Source of the DNA: Azolla caroliniana
Taxonomy: Eukaryota > Plantae > Polypodiophyta
Assembly (NCBI GenBank): GCA_043228905.1
Contig: JBHGNT010000004.1
Coordinates: 17,794,001 to 17,858,000, forward strand
DNA length: 64,000 nt
Reading direction: 5' to 3'
Below, piece after piece: positions 38,001 through 49,922 of this stretch. The notes under the pieces are model-generated. The model saw only the letters and a list, made by a program, of their open reading frames with translations, did not search any database and was not told where the DNA came from. A program made the translations under genes and the position numbers. Positions within the stretch are counted from its first letter, which is position 1, and each line of letters starts with the position of its first letter.

Positions 38001-38997
38001 CGAGCAAGATGAGCCGAGAGGAGCTGCTAGCAGCAAGGATTCATCAACTTGGGCAGAGGCCGAAGGACATGGAACTGGTGAAAGCAAAATTATACATGGC
38101 ACAGGAGAGGAACAAGGACCGGTTCGACCGAACGCACCGACTGCGACCGAGGAAGATCGAGGAAGACGACTAGGTACTGGTCTACCACAACAGCCTTAAC
38201 AACCAGCACAAGGTTACACGGAAATTTGCGTGGAGATGGTTCGGACCTTACGTGGTGACGAGCGCAAATGACAATGCAAAGCTCGACGGAACAAGGATAG
38301 CGGTGCCGGATGTGGGTAAGCGGATTACGTCCTTCAAGAGGCGGCAGGAGGAGGAGCCAAATCCAGAGTACAAGAGCGAGGACGGTGAACTGGAAGGACC
38401 GGGCAAAGACCAGGAGGTCGGCAGATCGGGAGGCGACGAGTAACGAAAAACCAGAATTTCCTCCTTCCTTCTCTCGGCACATACAAGAGCGAGGACGGTG
38501 AACTGGATGTGCAGTTTGGTGGGGGTGGATGTCGTGGAGTATTCTTATTAGAGATTAGGTACTAAAGTAAGCATAAAATAAGGATATATCAATGATAGAT
38601 CTAGAAAGAATAGAGAGAAAAGAGAGAAAGAAGGGTGCCGATCCACCCGACCACCCCCGAGCGAAGGGATCGAGACGGACTCGAGCCTCGATCGGCGTCC
38701 CATACCACCGCCTTGGCGTCGAGTCGTACCTGGACGATAGCGCGCTTGCTACAAGAGTCGTTCCACTCACGGACAGAGTCTCGACGTAGTCAATGCATGC
38801 CCCAAATGAGGGTAGCTAGGCCTCTTATTTATAGTAATTCTCAAGGCCCCCAGCCATGTTCACACTTGGCCTCATGGGTTGTCTCAATCCCGAGGATTAA
38901 AAGTAATCCTCCCCTTCTTTAGACTCTTTGTTTAACCCTCACACTTATCCACGTGTATAGAATACTACGACAATTCTCACCACGGGATATTATATGG

Positions 38998-41900
38998 TCA
39001 TGCCCGTAACATACTCCCCCTCTTTAAAACATTGCACTCTTGCAATGGAAAGTTAGGGAAGTTAGTTCTTAGAGTCGTTTCGCGTTCCCATGTGGCATCT
39101 TTGATTGATTTATCCATCCATTTTATTTTAAATTCTCGGATTTCCTTAGCACGTAATTTTTTTGTTTTAACATCGAGAATTCTTTCTGGTACATGTGGTT
39201 TAGAAGATAAATCTTCAGAAGTAACCAGAGTTTCAGTTGTAACTGTATTGTCGCCAGAACCTAGAAGTTCTTTTAGACGACTTACATGAAAGACTGGATG
39301 GATTCCAACACCATCGGGAAGAGCGAGACGATAGGCTGATGATCCAATGCGTTTGAGGACTGTAAAAGGTCCACAAAACCGTGGGGCTAACTTAGCGCAC
39401 TTACCCGTAGACAATGTCTTAGAATTGTGAGGTACACGTAAAAATACATTCTGTCCAGGGCTGAATACACGAGGTTGCCTGTGATGATCGGCATAAAAAC
39501 GCGCTCTATCTTGAGCTGTTTTTATATTATCCCGTGCAATATGCAACATATCTTGCATATCCCGAAGAAAGTTTTGCGTACTTCGCAACTCATCATGATG
39601 TATATTAACATCAATCGGGGCTCGTGGCTGAAATCCATACATCAACATAAAAGGACTATATCCCGTCGACGTATGCTTGGAGCTGTTATAAGCAAACTCC
39701 AAAATTGGGAGGTAACGTTCCCATTTTGTTGGTTTTGCACCAACGTATGCTCGAAGCATGTCCTCAATAATTTGATTTACTCGTTCTGTCTGTCCATCGG
39801 ATTGAGGATGATCCGTGGAGCTCATGCTCAACGTAGTTTCTAACTTCTTAAAGACTTGCGTCCAGAAGTCACTAGTAAACTTCGGATCTCGGTCACTCAC
39901 GATATCCATCGGTAACCCGTAAAAACGAAATAACTCATCAACGAATTGGTAAGCCAATTCAGGAGCTGTTACCGTGGTTTTAGTAGCAATAAATCTGGCC
40001 ATTTTAGTTAGTCTGTCAACCACAACCCATATGGCATCATGACCTTTTTGGGTGCGAGGAAGGCTAACAATAAAATCCATGGATATACTTTCCCACTTAT
40101 TATTGGGAATGTCCAAGGGATGTAAAAGTCCTGCGGCTTTAAGTCGCTCGGCTTTGTTAACCTGACATTGGTGACATTTAGTCACATAGCTATGTATGTC
40201 AGGACGCATCTTAGGCCAATAAAATTGAGTGGAGATGAGAACGAGTGTACGATGTATTCCAGGGTGCCCTGCTGAGGGTGCATCATGGCATTAAAAAAGA
40301 ATTCTCTTTTTGACCTCAGGTAAATCTGGAACACAAACCTTCCCATTACGGTAGAGCAGACCGTTAGCAATGTGGAAGTATTCCTTCGAGGGTGTGGTGG
40401 TGTCTGTTCCAGACTCGACTCTTGCCCAGTATTTTGCAAAATAATTGTCATCAGGATACTTTCCTCGAAGGTGATCATAAAGATCTGATGTTATTTCAGT
40501 GAAGCTAAGCATGTTAACTTCACGGATGCGACTTAGTGCATCAACGACAGTATTCATGGAACCTTTACGATATCGTATGGAAAAATCAAAGTCCTGGATG
40601 AGATCAGCCCATCGTGCCTTACGACCTTTCAGGTCTTGTTGGTCACAAAAATATTTCAAGGACTCGTGGTCCGTAGTTACCACAAAGCGATTTCCATACA
40701 GATAATGGCGCCATGTTTTGAGCGCATGTATAACCGCAAATAATTCCTTTTCTTGAACGGTATACCGACATTGAGCAGAATCAAGTTTCTTACTCTCGAA
40801 TGCTATTGGTTTACCATCTTGATACAAGACAGCACCTATAGCATAATCGCTTGCGTCGGTTTCAACCTCAAAAGGTTTTGAAGGATCGGGTAAAAGAAGT
40901 GAAGGAGCCTTGCATACCAAGTCCTTGAATTCCTTAAAGGCGAGGTCTAGTGTAGCATTCCACACAATAGGTTTTGTAGACTTACGCGTTTGACCTTTTA
41001 GAAGATCAGTAAACGGCGTCGTCAATTGTGAGTAATTACGAAGAGATTTTCGCAAAAATCCGACAAAACCAAGGAATGATCGAACTTCTCGAATATTCCG
41101 AAGAGTGGGCCAAAGCTTGATTTTCTCGATGCGAGAAGGATCAATTTCAACTCCTCGTTCGGTTATGAGATGTCCAAGATAAGTAATTGATTTCTTGAAG
41201 AACTCACATTTTGAGATCTTCGCGTAAAATTGTTTGTCACGCAATATTTGTAAAACAAAGTGGACATGTCTAGCATGTTCTTGTAATGTACGGCTATAAA
41301 CTAAAATATCATCTAAGAAGATAACGACAAATTTTCCAAGTTGTTCTCGGAAAATGTCATTCATTTCTTGTTGAAATGTAGCCGGAGCATTGGTCAAACC
41401 AAAAGGCATAACCAAAAACTCATAATGGCCGTAGCGCGTACGAAATGCTGTTTTAGGAACATCGTCCTCACTTATTCGTATTTGATGGTAGCCAGTACGG
41501 AGATCAAGTTTCGTAAAATACCGAGCTCCCTGGAGACGGTCAATTAGATCGTCAGCCCGGGGCAATGGGTACGAATTCTTGATCGTCACTTTATTCAAGC
41601 GTCGGTAATTAATACACATACGCCATGTGCCCTCTTTCTTTTTAACCAAGAGAACTGGTGCACCCCATGGAGATTTACTATAACGTATATAACCCATTCG
41701 TAAATAGTCCTTAAGTTGCTTAGCTACCTCATCCTCTTCAGATCGACTTAGGCGATACGGAGGTATACTAATGGGTGCAATGCCAGGTACAATATCTATA
41801 CGATGGTCTATATTACGTTTAGGAGGTAAACCATCGGGTAGTTCACTCGGAAAAACATCACGAAAATCGTTTACGATTTCATCAAGTTGTTTTTGTTCAA

Positions 41901-43431
41901 AATATGTTAATTGACCCGAGACATTATCGATATTGTAAACGTGAATGTCCGGATCAAGTACACAATAAAATAACGTAGAACAAGACAACTCGGATATTGA
42001 TGGACACGAGGAAACAATCGAGAGGGATTGTTTTGTTACACATTGAATAAAATGCGTACTATCGTTGAGTACAAAAGAAATGGAATGGCGAACCCAATCA
42101 ATAAATAAAGAAGAGCTTTTATTATAAAACCAGGGATAACCCAGTATTACATCGGTGGTACTAAGATTCATTACATGGAAGTCTACTTCCTCTATATAGG
42201 TATCAATAGAAATTCCTAAAGAATGAATCGCCCCGTTGATGTGTTGTACTCTTCCATCAGCCAAGTGCACCGTGTAGGTGTGATCACTTACGGTGGGTTG
42301 GATTCCCCATATCTGTACCAAACGATCATTCACAAAATTGTGTGAGCTTCCCGAATCAAATAAAAATTGTACGGGAGATCCATTGATATACCCGTTTGCA
42401 CGTAGTAAATCATTGGGACCCAATACATAATGAGGGAAAGAACATTGACAATTACTCAAATGATGTGTATAGACCTGAAGGACATTAGGAATCTGACCTT
42501 TATGGTCTGTAGCTTTAGGTTTGGCGTCGTGCTCTTTTCGTTGGAGCTTACGACATTGCTCTTTTGTATGACCCTTCTTTTTGCAGAATACGCAAAAAGG
42601 ATGTTGTCGCTTATAATCGCGATCCATGAATTCGTTGGGTGTCTTGCGTTTCCCAACGAATTGCGACTGCTTAGTCCCGGGCGCTTCGTTGGGTTTGTTA
42701 TGGTCCTTCTTCGAAGTGCGTTGATAGCGAAGAACTATCTCAACGGCCTCTTCGAAGGATTTTGGATCCTTATCGTGCACTATCCAGTGATAGTCCGAAT
42801 TGGGGATGCCATTGACAAAACAAGCTATTAACCAATTGTCCCCTTCTAGACCCGATTTTTGGATTTGGGTTCTAGCATGGTGGACATAATCTTCTAGCGA
42901 GGAAAACTTCCTGCTAGAGAGGTTCATTAAAGCTTGTGCTGCCTCGGTTCGAGAGGGAGGTTGTAGAAATTGACCCTTGAAAACTGTGACAAAGTCTGTC
43001 CAGGTCTCGGGCAATCTCCCCAAAGTTCGGAGCCCACGCCACCAAGCGGCGGCCTTACCCCCTAGTTCTCGGCCGACCTATGCAATCTTCGTACTATCTG
43101 GCGTGGGATAGAGCTCAAAATGAGACTCCCATCGGCCCAGCCACGTGCAGATTGCTTCTTCGGTTCTTTCCTTTTTATCTCCCGTAAATGGCTTTACGAC
43201 AAATGATGGTTCACCCTGACGCTCATCAGGTCTATTAATCTCATTTTGGAGACTAATGACTCGTGCCTCGAGAGCACTTTGAGATTGCCGAAATTCGGTC
43301 AACTGCTGCGCGGTTGAACTAAGGAAATGTTGTACTTGTAAAATATACGCCTCAATGGACATTGTCCCAGGAGGATTTCCTTGAGGTCTTTCCGCTTGAG
43401 CGGAGGGCATCGGGTCGTTATTCTGAGCCAT
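38998..43431 (-). pseudogene. gag-pol: Single-frame gag-pol with C-terminal chromodomain; two in-frame stops (43078-43080, 40291-40293)
   Basis: [34 protein letters not shown]...SDRD...TER, GPF, chromodomain PERILD...IKW...ATWE. Three ORFs share one frame and the ORF runs into the 3' LTR. Confidence 0.93.
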
Positions 43432-44625
43432 TGAATGATTATTTCTGGCAAAGAAATAAGATAAGGTCAGACAAATAGTCATAACATCTTGTCGTGGTGT
43501 AAACATATCATGGGCAAACATTAATCGATATCATGATCTCACGTCAATACCCCTCTAGACGTATGAGATGAGGTTCAAGATCAGGTTACTATGGTAACAC
43601 AGAGGTGTTTTAAAAACCATGGGGGTGACAAATGAATGCCTTTCCCTGATCTCTATATCGATTTTTTTCATGGCGGCTCCCCGAGGCTCAACCATGTATG
43701 TTCGCGTCATGAATAGTTTATACACGAAAAAAATGTTAACAATAACTATGTTTCTGTGCCCACATATGTGGTTTCGGCTCTTTAAGTCCTATTACGAGGA
43801 CCCCGAAGTGCACTTAGACCTAAAGTCTAAACATGTATTATAGTCATATGTATCAACGATGTTGTATGGTGTTGGTCATATTTGAACTCGAGACCTCGAG
43901 GACAAATACATTAAACACTTAAGCCAACCAAGTAGATTGCGCGTCTTGAATGTTTAATGTTTGAGGCGTATTCGAGATATGCGAGGCATTTGCCCCTATA
44001 TGTTTTTTTTAAAAGAAACATATAGGTCAAGTGGCCTTATTTCTCCCTCATTTATTACCCACTATGGTTGTACGCTACCTACCCTCAAGCCTCGTAAGTA
44101 CAATGGCATATGCCAAAGTGTAACCTAATGGTCAAGCCGAATGAGCCCTTGTGTCTTCGTAGGCTCATGTGGCCCATCACATGGTCACGTCATTACGAAT
44201 GGCGCTCGTAAGAACGAGCTCATGGTGGCATCGTATCCATGTAACGAGGGGAGATGTTGGATACGTGTGTCATTAGAGCGACCCTACTTGATGTGGATCA
44301 AGCCCGACATATTCAACATCATTTTGGCTATACGAGGTTCGTTACGTAACGAAAGATCAAAGTGACCAACGGGAATTTCAACAATAAAAATTGTTGATAA
44401 AAGGGATGGTGACAACGCCATTCTCACAAAAATGTGAGGACGGCCACCAAAATCCTCTCCCCAATTAGAAAAACATTTGATATGAATCACGTAATCTAAA
44501 ATATACACATATGTCAATATATCACATATATACGATCAGAGACGTATATAAGTGACCACATATGCGTATACTAAATGAATCGTTTTTTTTATATAGCCAA
44601 CAATGATGTATTCGGGATACGTAAT

Positions 44626-44868
44626 CGAGGCATATACCTCTACGCACACGAAACATCCGAAAATAAGGTTAAGCGTAATTCGCAATTGAGGTATTGACCT
44701 CTTACGCATAGTAAATCCAACACATATCATTTCGAACGAAGCGAGGTATTGACCTCGTACGCGAACGTAACATATGTTCGTGAACGTAATACGCAATTGA
44801 GGTAATAACCTCGTACGCATACGACACTCATCACATATGATTTATATGTCAAACGAGGTATTGACCTC
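44626..44868. repeat. Array of five GAGGT-N4-ACCTC palindromes at ~56-nt period in the chromovirus leader
   Basis: Copies at 44627 (degenerate), 44688, 44743, 44799 and 44855. Confidence 0.8.
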
Positions 44869-46429
44869 GTGGACATATGTAAACGTTTAAGATAACCAAT
44901 TAAATACCACGTCAACATCATTGAATATATGAAAAAAAAACTACATATTAAGTATACACATGTATAGAAGGGAGAAGAAAAATTAGATAAAAAATTAAGG
45001 AAAATTTACCGAAGTTCTTTCGCTAATCCTTGTCTGCATGAAGGCGACCGCACAACGATCAATCGCCATCCCACGCGAAGACAAAAAGAAAACCAAAAGA
45101 AACGTTAGTACATAGGCTCTGATACCAAATATTAGAGATTAGGTACTAAAGTAAGCATAAAATAAGGATATATCAATGATAGATCTAGAAAGAATAGAGA
45201 GAAAAGAGAGAAAGAAGGGTGCCGATCCACCCGACCACCCCCAAGCGAAGGGATCGAGACGGACTCGAGCCTCGATCGGCGTCCCATACCACCGCCTTGG
45301 CGTCGAGTCGTACCTGGACGATAGCGCGCTTGCTACAAGAGTCGTTCCACTCACGGACAGAGTCTCGACGTAGTCAATGCATGCCCCAAATGAGGGTAGC
45401 TAGGCCTCTTATTTATAGTAATTCTCAAGGCCCCCAGCCATGTTCACACTTGGCCTCATGGGTTGTCTCAATCCCGAGGATTAAAAGTAATCCTCCCCTT
45501 CTTTAGACTCTTTGTTTAACCCTCACACTTATCCACGTGTATAGAATACTACGACAATTCTCACCATGGGATATTATATGGTCATGCCCGTAACAATTCT
45601 GGCTGCTAGAGGAATGGGGGGCTTAATGCGCGTGAACAAGGGTGTGCGTTGATGCACTCAAATATGCCTTTATGTATAAACACATGTAAATAATGTAGAA
45701 CTAGTAAGTGTTAGGGACTATGATTTAATAGGGACTTTAAAGTTCCGCACGGATAGAGTGGAATATGGGAGTTTGATGCAAGGAGACCGAGGAAAATCTC
45801 TATTCGAAGCGGCCATTTTAACTACCTGATGTAACCGCCCACCCTCCCCTTGGCCTATAAAAGAAGTGAGAGAGGACTCAAGAGCGATCCACATTTTCAG
45901 AGAGGGAAGTGTTGCCGGTTTGGGTCTTGATCTCTCTCTATGGGTGTCTTCGTGTTGGGTTCCGGTTGGAAGCGTCTGATTACGTAGGAAGCTCGTGAAC
46001 TCCCGACAGAGGCTCCTCGTTGAATCAGTGTGTGTGCCTGCGTGTGTGTGTGGGTGGGAGTGGGTTGTTGTTTGGCGAGCGCACAACTATGTTACCGGCC
46101 ATGCCGGTTGAACTCTATGTATTTTGATCTAGATTCATTCGATTATTACCTGTGTGTCTCTTTGATTCGGGTCTCTCTCCCTCTATTTCCATTCATTCGA
46201 TCTCTATCGTGTATCTCTTGGGTTGGGGTCTCTCTCGGTGTCCTGATATCATCACACCGGTTCTAAGATCCTTTGAGAGGGACAGAGCACAGTCGCATCT
46301 GGGTTGCTGTACTCATTATTAGATACCCGAAGACCGGCCGACAAACCATGACAGTCTCTCTTCTCACTTCCTACACTTCTTGGACCAGGGCCCCCACGGT
46401 CCCGCCTAAGGTCCTATACGTGCCTGCGG

Positions 46430-48311
46430 TGTCGTGATGTTTCTAACACATAATGTGAAACCACCCTTGAAAAGAAGCAAAATAGTAGTTTAAATAAACT
46501 AGTATTGTGAAGTCAACTTTATTGGTAGCAAAAATACTTTTTCATTTTGCCAAAGATAATTCCTTATAAATAAAAGTTCAAAGGAATGAACCTTAGAATA
46601 AATAATGATGAATATTAAGTTAGAGGCGGTTTTCAAAAGTAGACAAAAAGATGGAGAGAGAAGAAAAAAGCACGCATGGATATGAGGAGCACAGTAGAGA
46701 AAAAAGCTCATCAGATGTCCAAATTAGAAAAAAAAAGATGCATAAGAAAGTTAACCCAAAGATCTTTCGAAGAATATCTTGCATGTGAAATTTGGGGCTA
46801 GAAAATAGAAATAGTGAGGAAAAGAAAAGTTGACTCATATAGATAGGCTTTTTTTTAGGGGAAAAAGGCAAGCAATCCCAAACCTATAAATAAGAGCCTA
46901 TTCTAGTGAAGAAGGGGGGGAGTGAGAAGGAATGTGGAAGCTCTACTCAATTAGAAGGCAAAAGAAGAAGGATCAACAACATCGAGAGGCATCATCAACA
47001 AAGAATCACCTTCTTCTATATTCCACTCTCTTCTTTCCTCCACCTCACTTCCCCCTTCCTTTATAAATTATCTCTAATATTCATATCAAACACGTTGTAA
47101 AATTGATTCTTATTTTATAAAAGAATCTATTATATTGTAATAAACTAATGTTTGGTTTCACCTACGTGTCTTATATGTTATTGTCATTTGTGCTTATTTG
47201 TTTGTGTGTCTTGTGATAAGGGAGCGTTTCGGGCTTGCCCATGCACCTCTCCTTTCACAAAGGCATTCAAACTTAGGTATCTTATATGTTATTGTCATTT
47301 GTGCTTATTTGTTTGTGTGTCTTGTGACAAGGGAGCGTTTTGGGCTTGCCCATGAACCTCTCCTTTCACAAAGGCATTCAAACTTACGTATCTTATATGT
47401 TATTGTCGTGTGTACTTATTTGTTTGTGTGTCTTGTGACAAGGGAGTGTTTCGGGCTTTCCCATGCACCTCTCCTTTCACAAAGGCATTCAAACTTACGT
47501 CTCTTATATGTTATCGTCCTTTGTGTTTATCTGTTTGTGTGTCTTGTGACAAGGGAGCGTTTTGGGCTTGCCCATCCACCTCTCCTTTCACAAAGGCATT
47601 CAAACTTTCGTGTCTTACGTGTTAGTGTAAATCTTGGTTGTACGTTCGTGCGACTTGTGGCAAGGGAGCATTCAGGCTAGCCCATGGACCTGTCATTTCA
47701 CAAAGGCGTTCGAAATCGTGTCTTGTGTGTTAGTGTAAATCTTGGTTGTGTGTTCGTGTGACTTGTGGCAAGGGAGCGTTTGGGCTTGCCCATGCACCTC
47801 TCCTTTCACAAAGGCGTTCGAAATTGTGTCTCCCGTGTGTGAACCTTGCCTGTGTGTTCACTTGTCTTGTAACAAGGGAGTGTTTGGGCTTGCCCATGCA
47901 CCTCTCTTTTCACAAAGGCATTCGAAACTCTACCTCTCGTGTGTGTAAGTAAGCCTTTTCCTTGTGTGTTCGTGTGCCTTGTAACAAGGGAGCATTCGGG
48001 CTTGCCCATGCACCTCTCTTTTCTCAAAGACATTCCAAACTCTATCTCTTGTGTGTGTAAGTAAGCCTTTTCCCAAAATATGCCTACATACTAGGCTAGA
48101 TTTGTGTCCTCACGTGCATTCGTTCACCTTGTGACTAGGGGTTGATTCGGGCTTGCCCATGCACCTCTCCTTTTCACAAACACGTTCGAATACTTGTGTC
48201 TTGTTTGTGTAAGCCTTCCTTGTGTTGTGCGTGTGAGCCCTATTTCCTTCCCGTCCCTAACCCGAGTAGTTCTACCTCACGATCCACACATAGTGACGGA
48301 TTTTCACGACA
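46430..48311 (+). mobile_element. Long solo LTR (Trp-primed group) inserted near the end of element C's 3' LTR
   Basis: TGTCG...CGACA termini, TSD GCGG/ACGG, CTATAAATAAG near 46883. The last ~37 nt match the reverse complement of 58929-58965. Confidence 0.88.
47170..48200 (+). repeat. About nine tandem ~105-112-bp units, each with a conserved hairpin core
   Basis: Unit starts at 47170, 47281, 47392 and 47503 (111 bp apart). Core TGTGACAAGGGAGCGTTTCGGGCTTGCCCATGCACCTCTCCTTTCACA. Confidence 0.92.
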
Positions 48312-49114
48312 ACGGAATATCGCGACAACATTGAAATCGACCAACACTTCTTCGTGCAAGAGTCGTCCTCCCATGCGGTGATCTTGGGCGAACCACACAT
48401 TACAACAACCCGGATGGAGACGAAGATGTTGGACAATGGTTTGGCGTATGCAAGGGTGAAGAGTTAGGATGGTCGACACTTCGTCCAGTTCCTGACGGTC
48501 TAGCCGAACAACGAGCAAAACCAGGACTCTCTTGGTGGCGAAGGCTGAGAGGATTTTTGAAGAGGACTATCAAGGCATGGGGCCACGATAGTTCGGACAT
48601 CCGACTGAAACCCCACATTTGTACAATAGGTAGGAAATTTTTGGCTCTCTAGTAATGGAGGTTGTACAATCGCCAGTGTCAGCAGTTAGGAGAGGCAACA
48701 GGTCGAGGGGCATCTGAAGGCAATCGGAGCCATGAACCCTGGTAACACCACCAATAGTATTGTGCAAGCAGTCTCGTTCGACAACACCCTCGGCGAAATA
48801 GAGAGGGTAATCAAGGGGAATCTGAGCAAAGACCAGACAATTCTGGTCAATTTGATAGATATGTATCGGGTGATAAAGGAGTTCGAACGGATGGTCGGGG
48901 AGGGTCAGACCACCCACGTTGACACCAAATACAAGATTGTGGACCAAAATGTGAGGCTAGTCATGACATCCTTACCGGAGGACAACTGGGAGTTTGTGGG
49001 ACCCGCATAGCATAGCACACTAGTTCATTGAAGAGACACAATGGAAGTTCAAAATTGGTGGGGTTGGCTTCATACTGCCCGTGGAGGAGGACCGGTTTTG
49101 GAGAATGATCACAT

Positions 49115-49886
49115 TGTAAAAGTGAATATGCAGAAGCTAAGATAGAACATGCTTAACCAAATGGCAACAGAATACATACAGGTTTAATGGAACCTTAAAA
49201 ATACACAGGAGAGACAAAGAGAGTAGAACAGTAAACTCAATTCAAAATAATAACGCTTTGTACATACAATGTGCTCAGTGAGCACTTTTATACAAGTCCT
49301 TAAAACGACCGACAGAAGTACTAACAAGTACTTCAATTCTCATGCGAGCGATTGACACTAACTCCCAAAAATATGCCTACGTATTAGGCTAGATTTGTAG
49401 GCCTCTAACGGCCTACCGGGTACAATTCGATCCGGATCTTCGATTAGGCTCTTGGTTTTGGATACCATCCGGACACTGATTTGGTTCTCCGTTCCGAATA
49501 CCAAACATGCTCTAGCTTAATCGGCCGATCAAGATCCGGTTCAGCTGGCCCACTGAACACTCCCCCTCAAGCTCAACTTGAGGTCGGATCGTAGTGTCAG
49601 AGTTTGCGGTAGCCGGTCCTCTCCTCTGGCTTTTCCTTGCATCCTCCCCCATGCCTCGCGCTCTTCGTCTGGTCCGGTTCGTCTTCCCACGACAGGTCTA
49701 GTTCCGCGCATCTCGACCTTCTCTATTGGCTTGTCTATTTAAAAGGCCCATCTCAACTCCTTCGTTGTTGCGACTCTGGCGTGTCTCGACCCGTCGATTC
49801 TGTTGGGGACAAGGCCGTCAATGAGGAAGTGCAAGCAACATTCATGATGAAGAAGAACTTGTGTATGCATGAGCAAGATAGACACA

Positions 49887-49922
<36 letters not shown>

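Larger units (their letters stand above)
38546..45595 (-). mobile_element. Young full-length chromovirus (Ty3/gypsy), 466-bp LTRs 45595-45130 and 39011-38546
   Basis: LTRs differ at only two positions by my reading. 5-bp TSD ATTCT, tRNAi-Met PBS TGGTATCAGAGCC (45127-45115), PPT AGAGGGGGAG next to 39011. Confidence 0.97.
31819..48327 (+). mobile_element. Trp-primed gypsy element C: 5' LTR 31819-32637, decayed gag-PR/pol 32680-38443, 3' LTR in three pieces (38530-38545, 45601-46429, 48316-48327)
   Basis: PBS 32641-32658, PPT 38517-38529, homologous LTR pair, TSD ATGT/ACAT (both derivable from ACGT), all pol domains recognisable. Confidence 0.9.
29098..49110 (+). mobile_element. Trp-primed gypsy element D: 5' LTR 29098-29918, decayed gag-PR split by element C, resumes 48332-49110, 3'-truncated
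   Basis: Decayed PBS 29923-29940. Protease KVGD|VEIDQHFF is rejoined across the 31819-48327 insert. Frameshift signal at 48551. Confidence 0.88.

Noticed and set aside
43867-43932. tRNA-like stretch on the minus strand (GAGGTCTCGAGTTCAAAT...ACACCA)
   Set aside because: T-stem and acceptor stem do not pair; single copy; insufficient for a call.
47170-48200. CRISPR-like appearance of the hairpin array (and of 44626-44868)
   Set aside because: Linkers are homologous to one another rather than unique spacers, there are no cas genes, and both arrays lie inside retroelements in a eukaryotic context.
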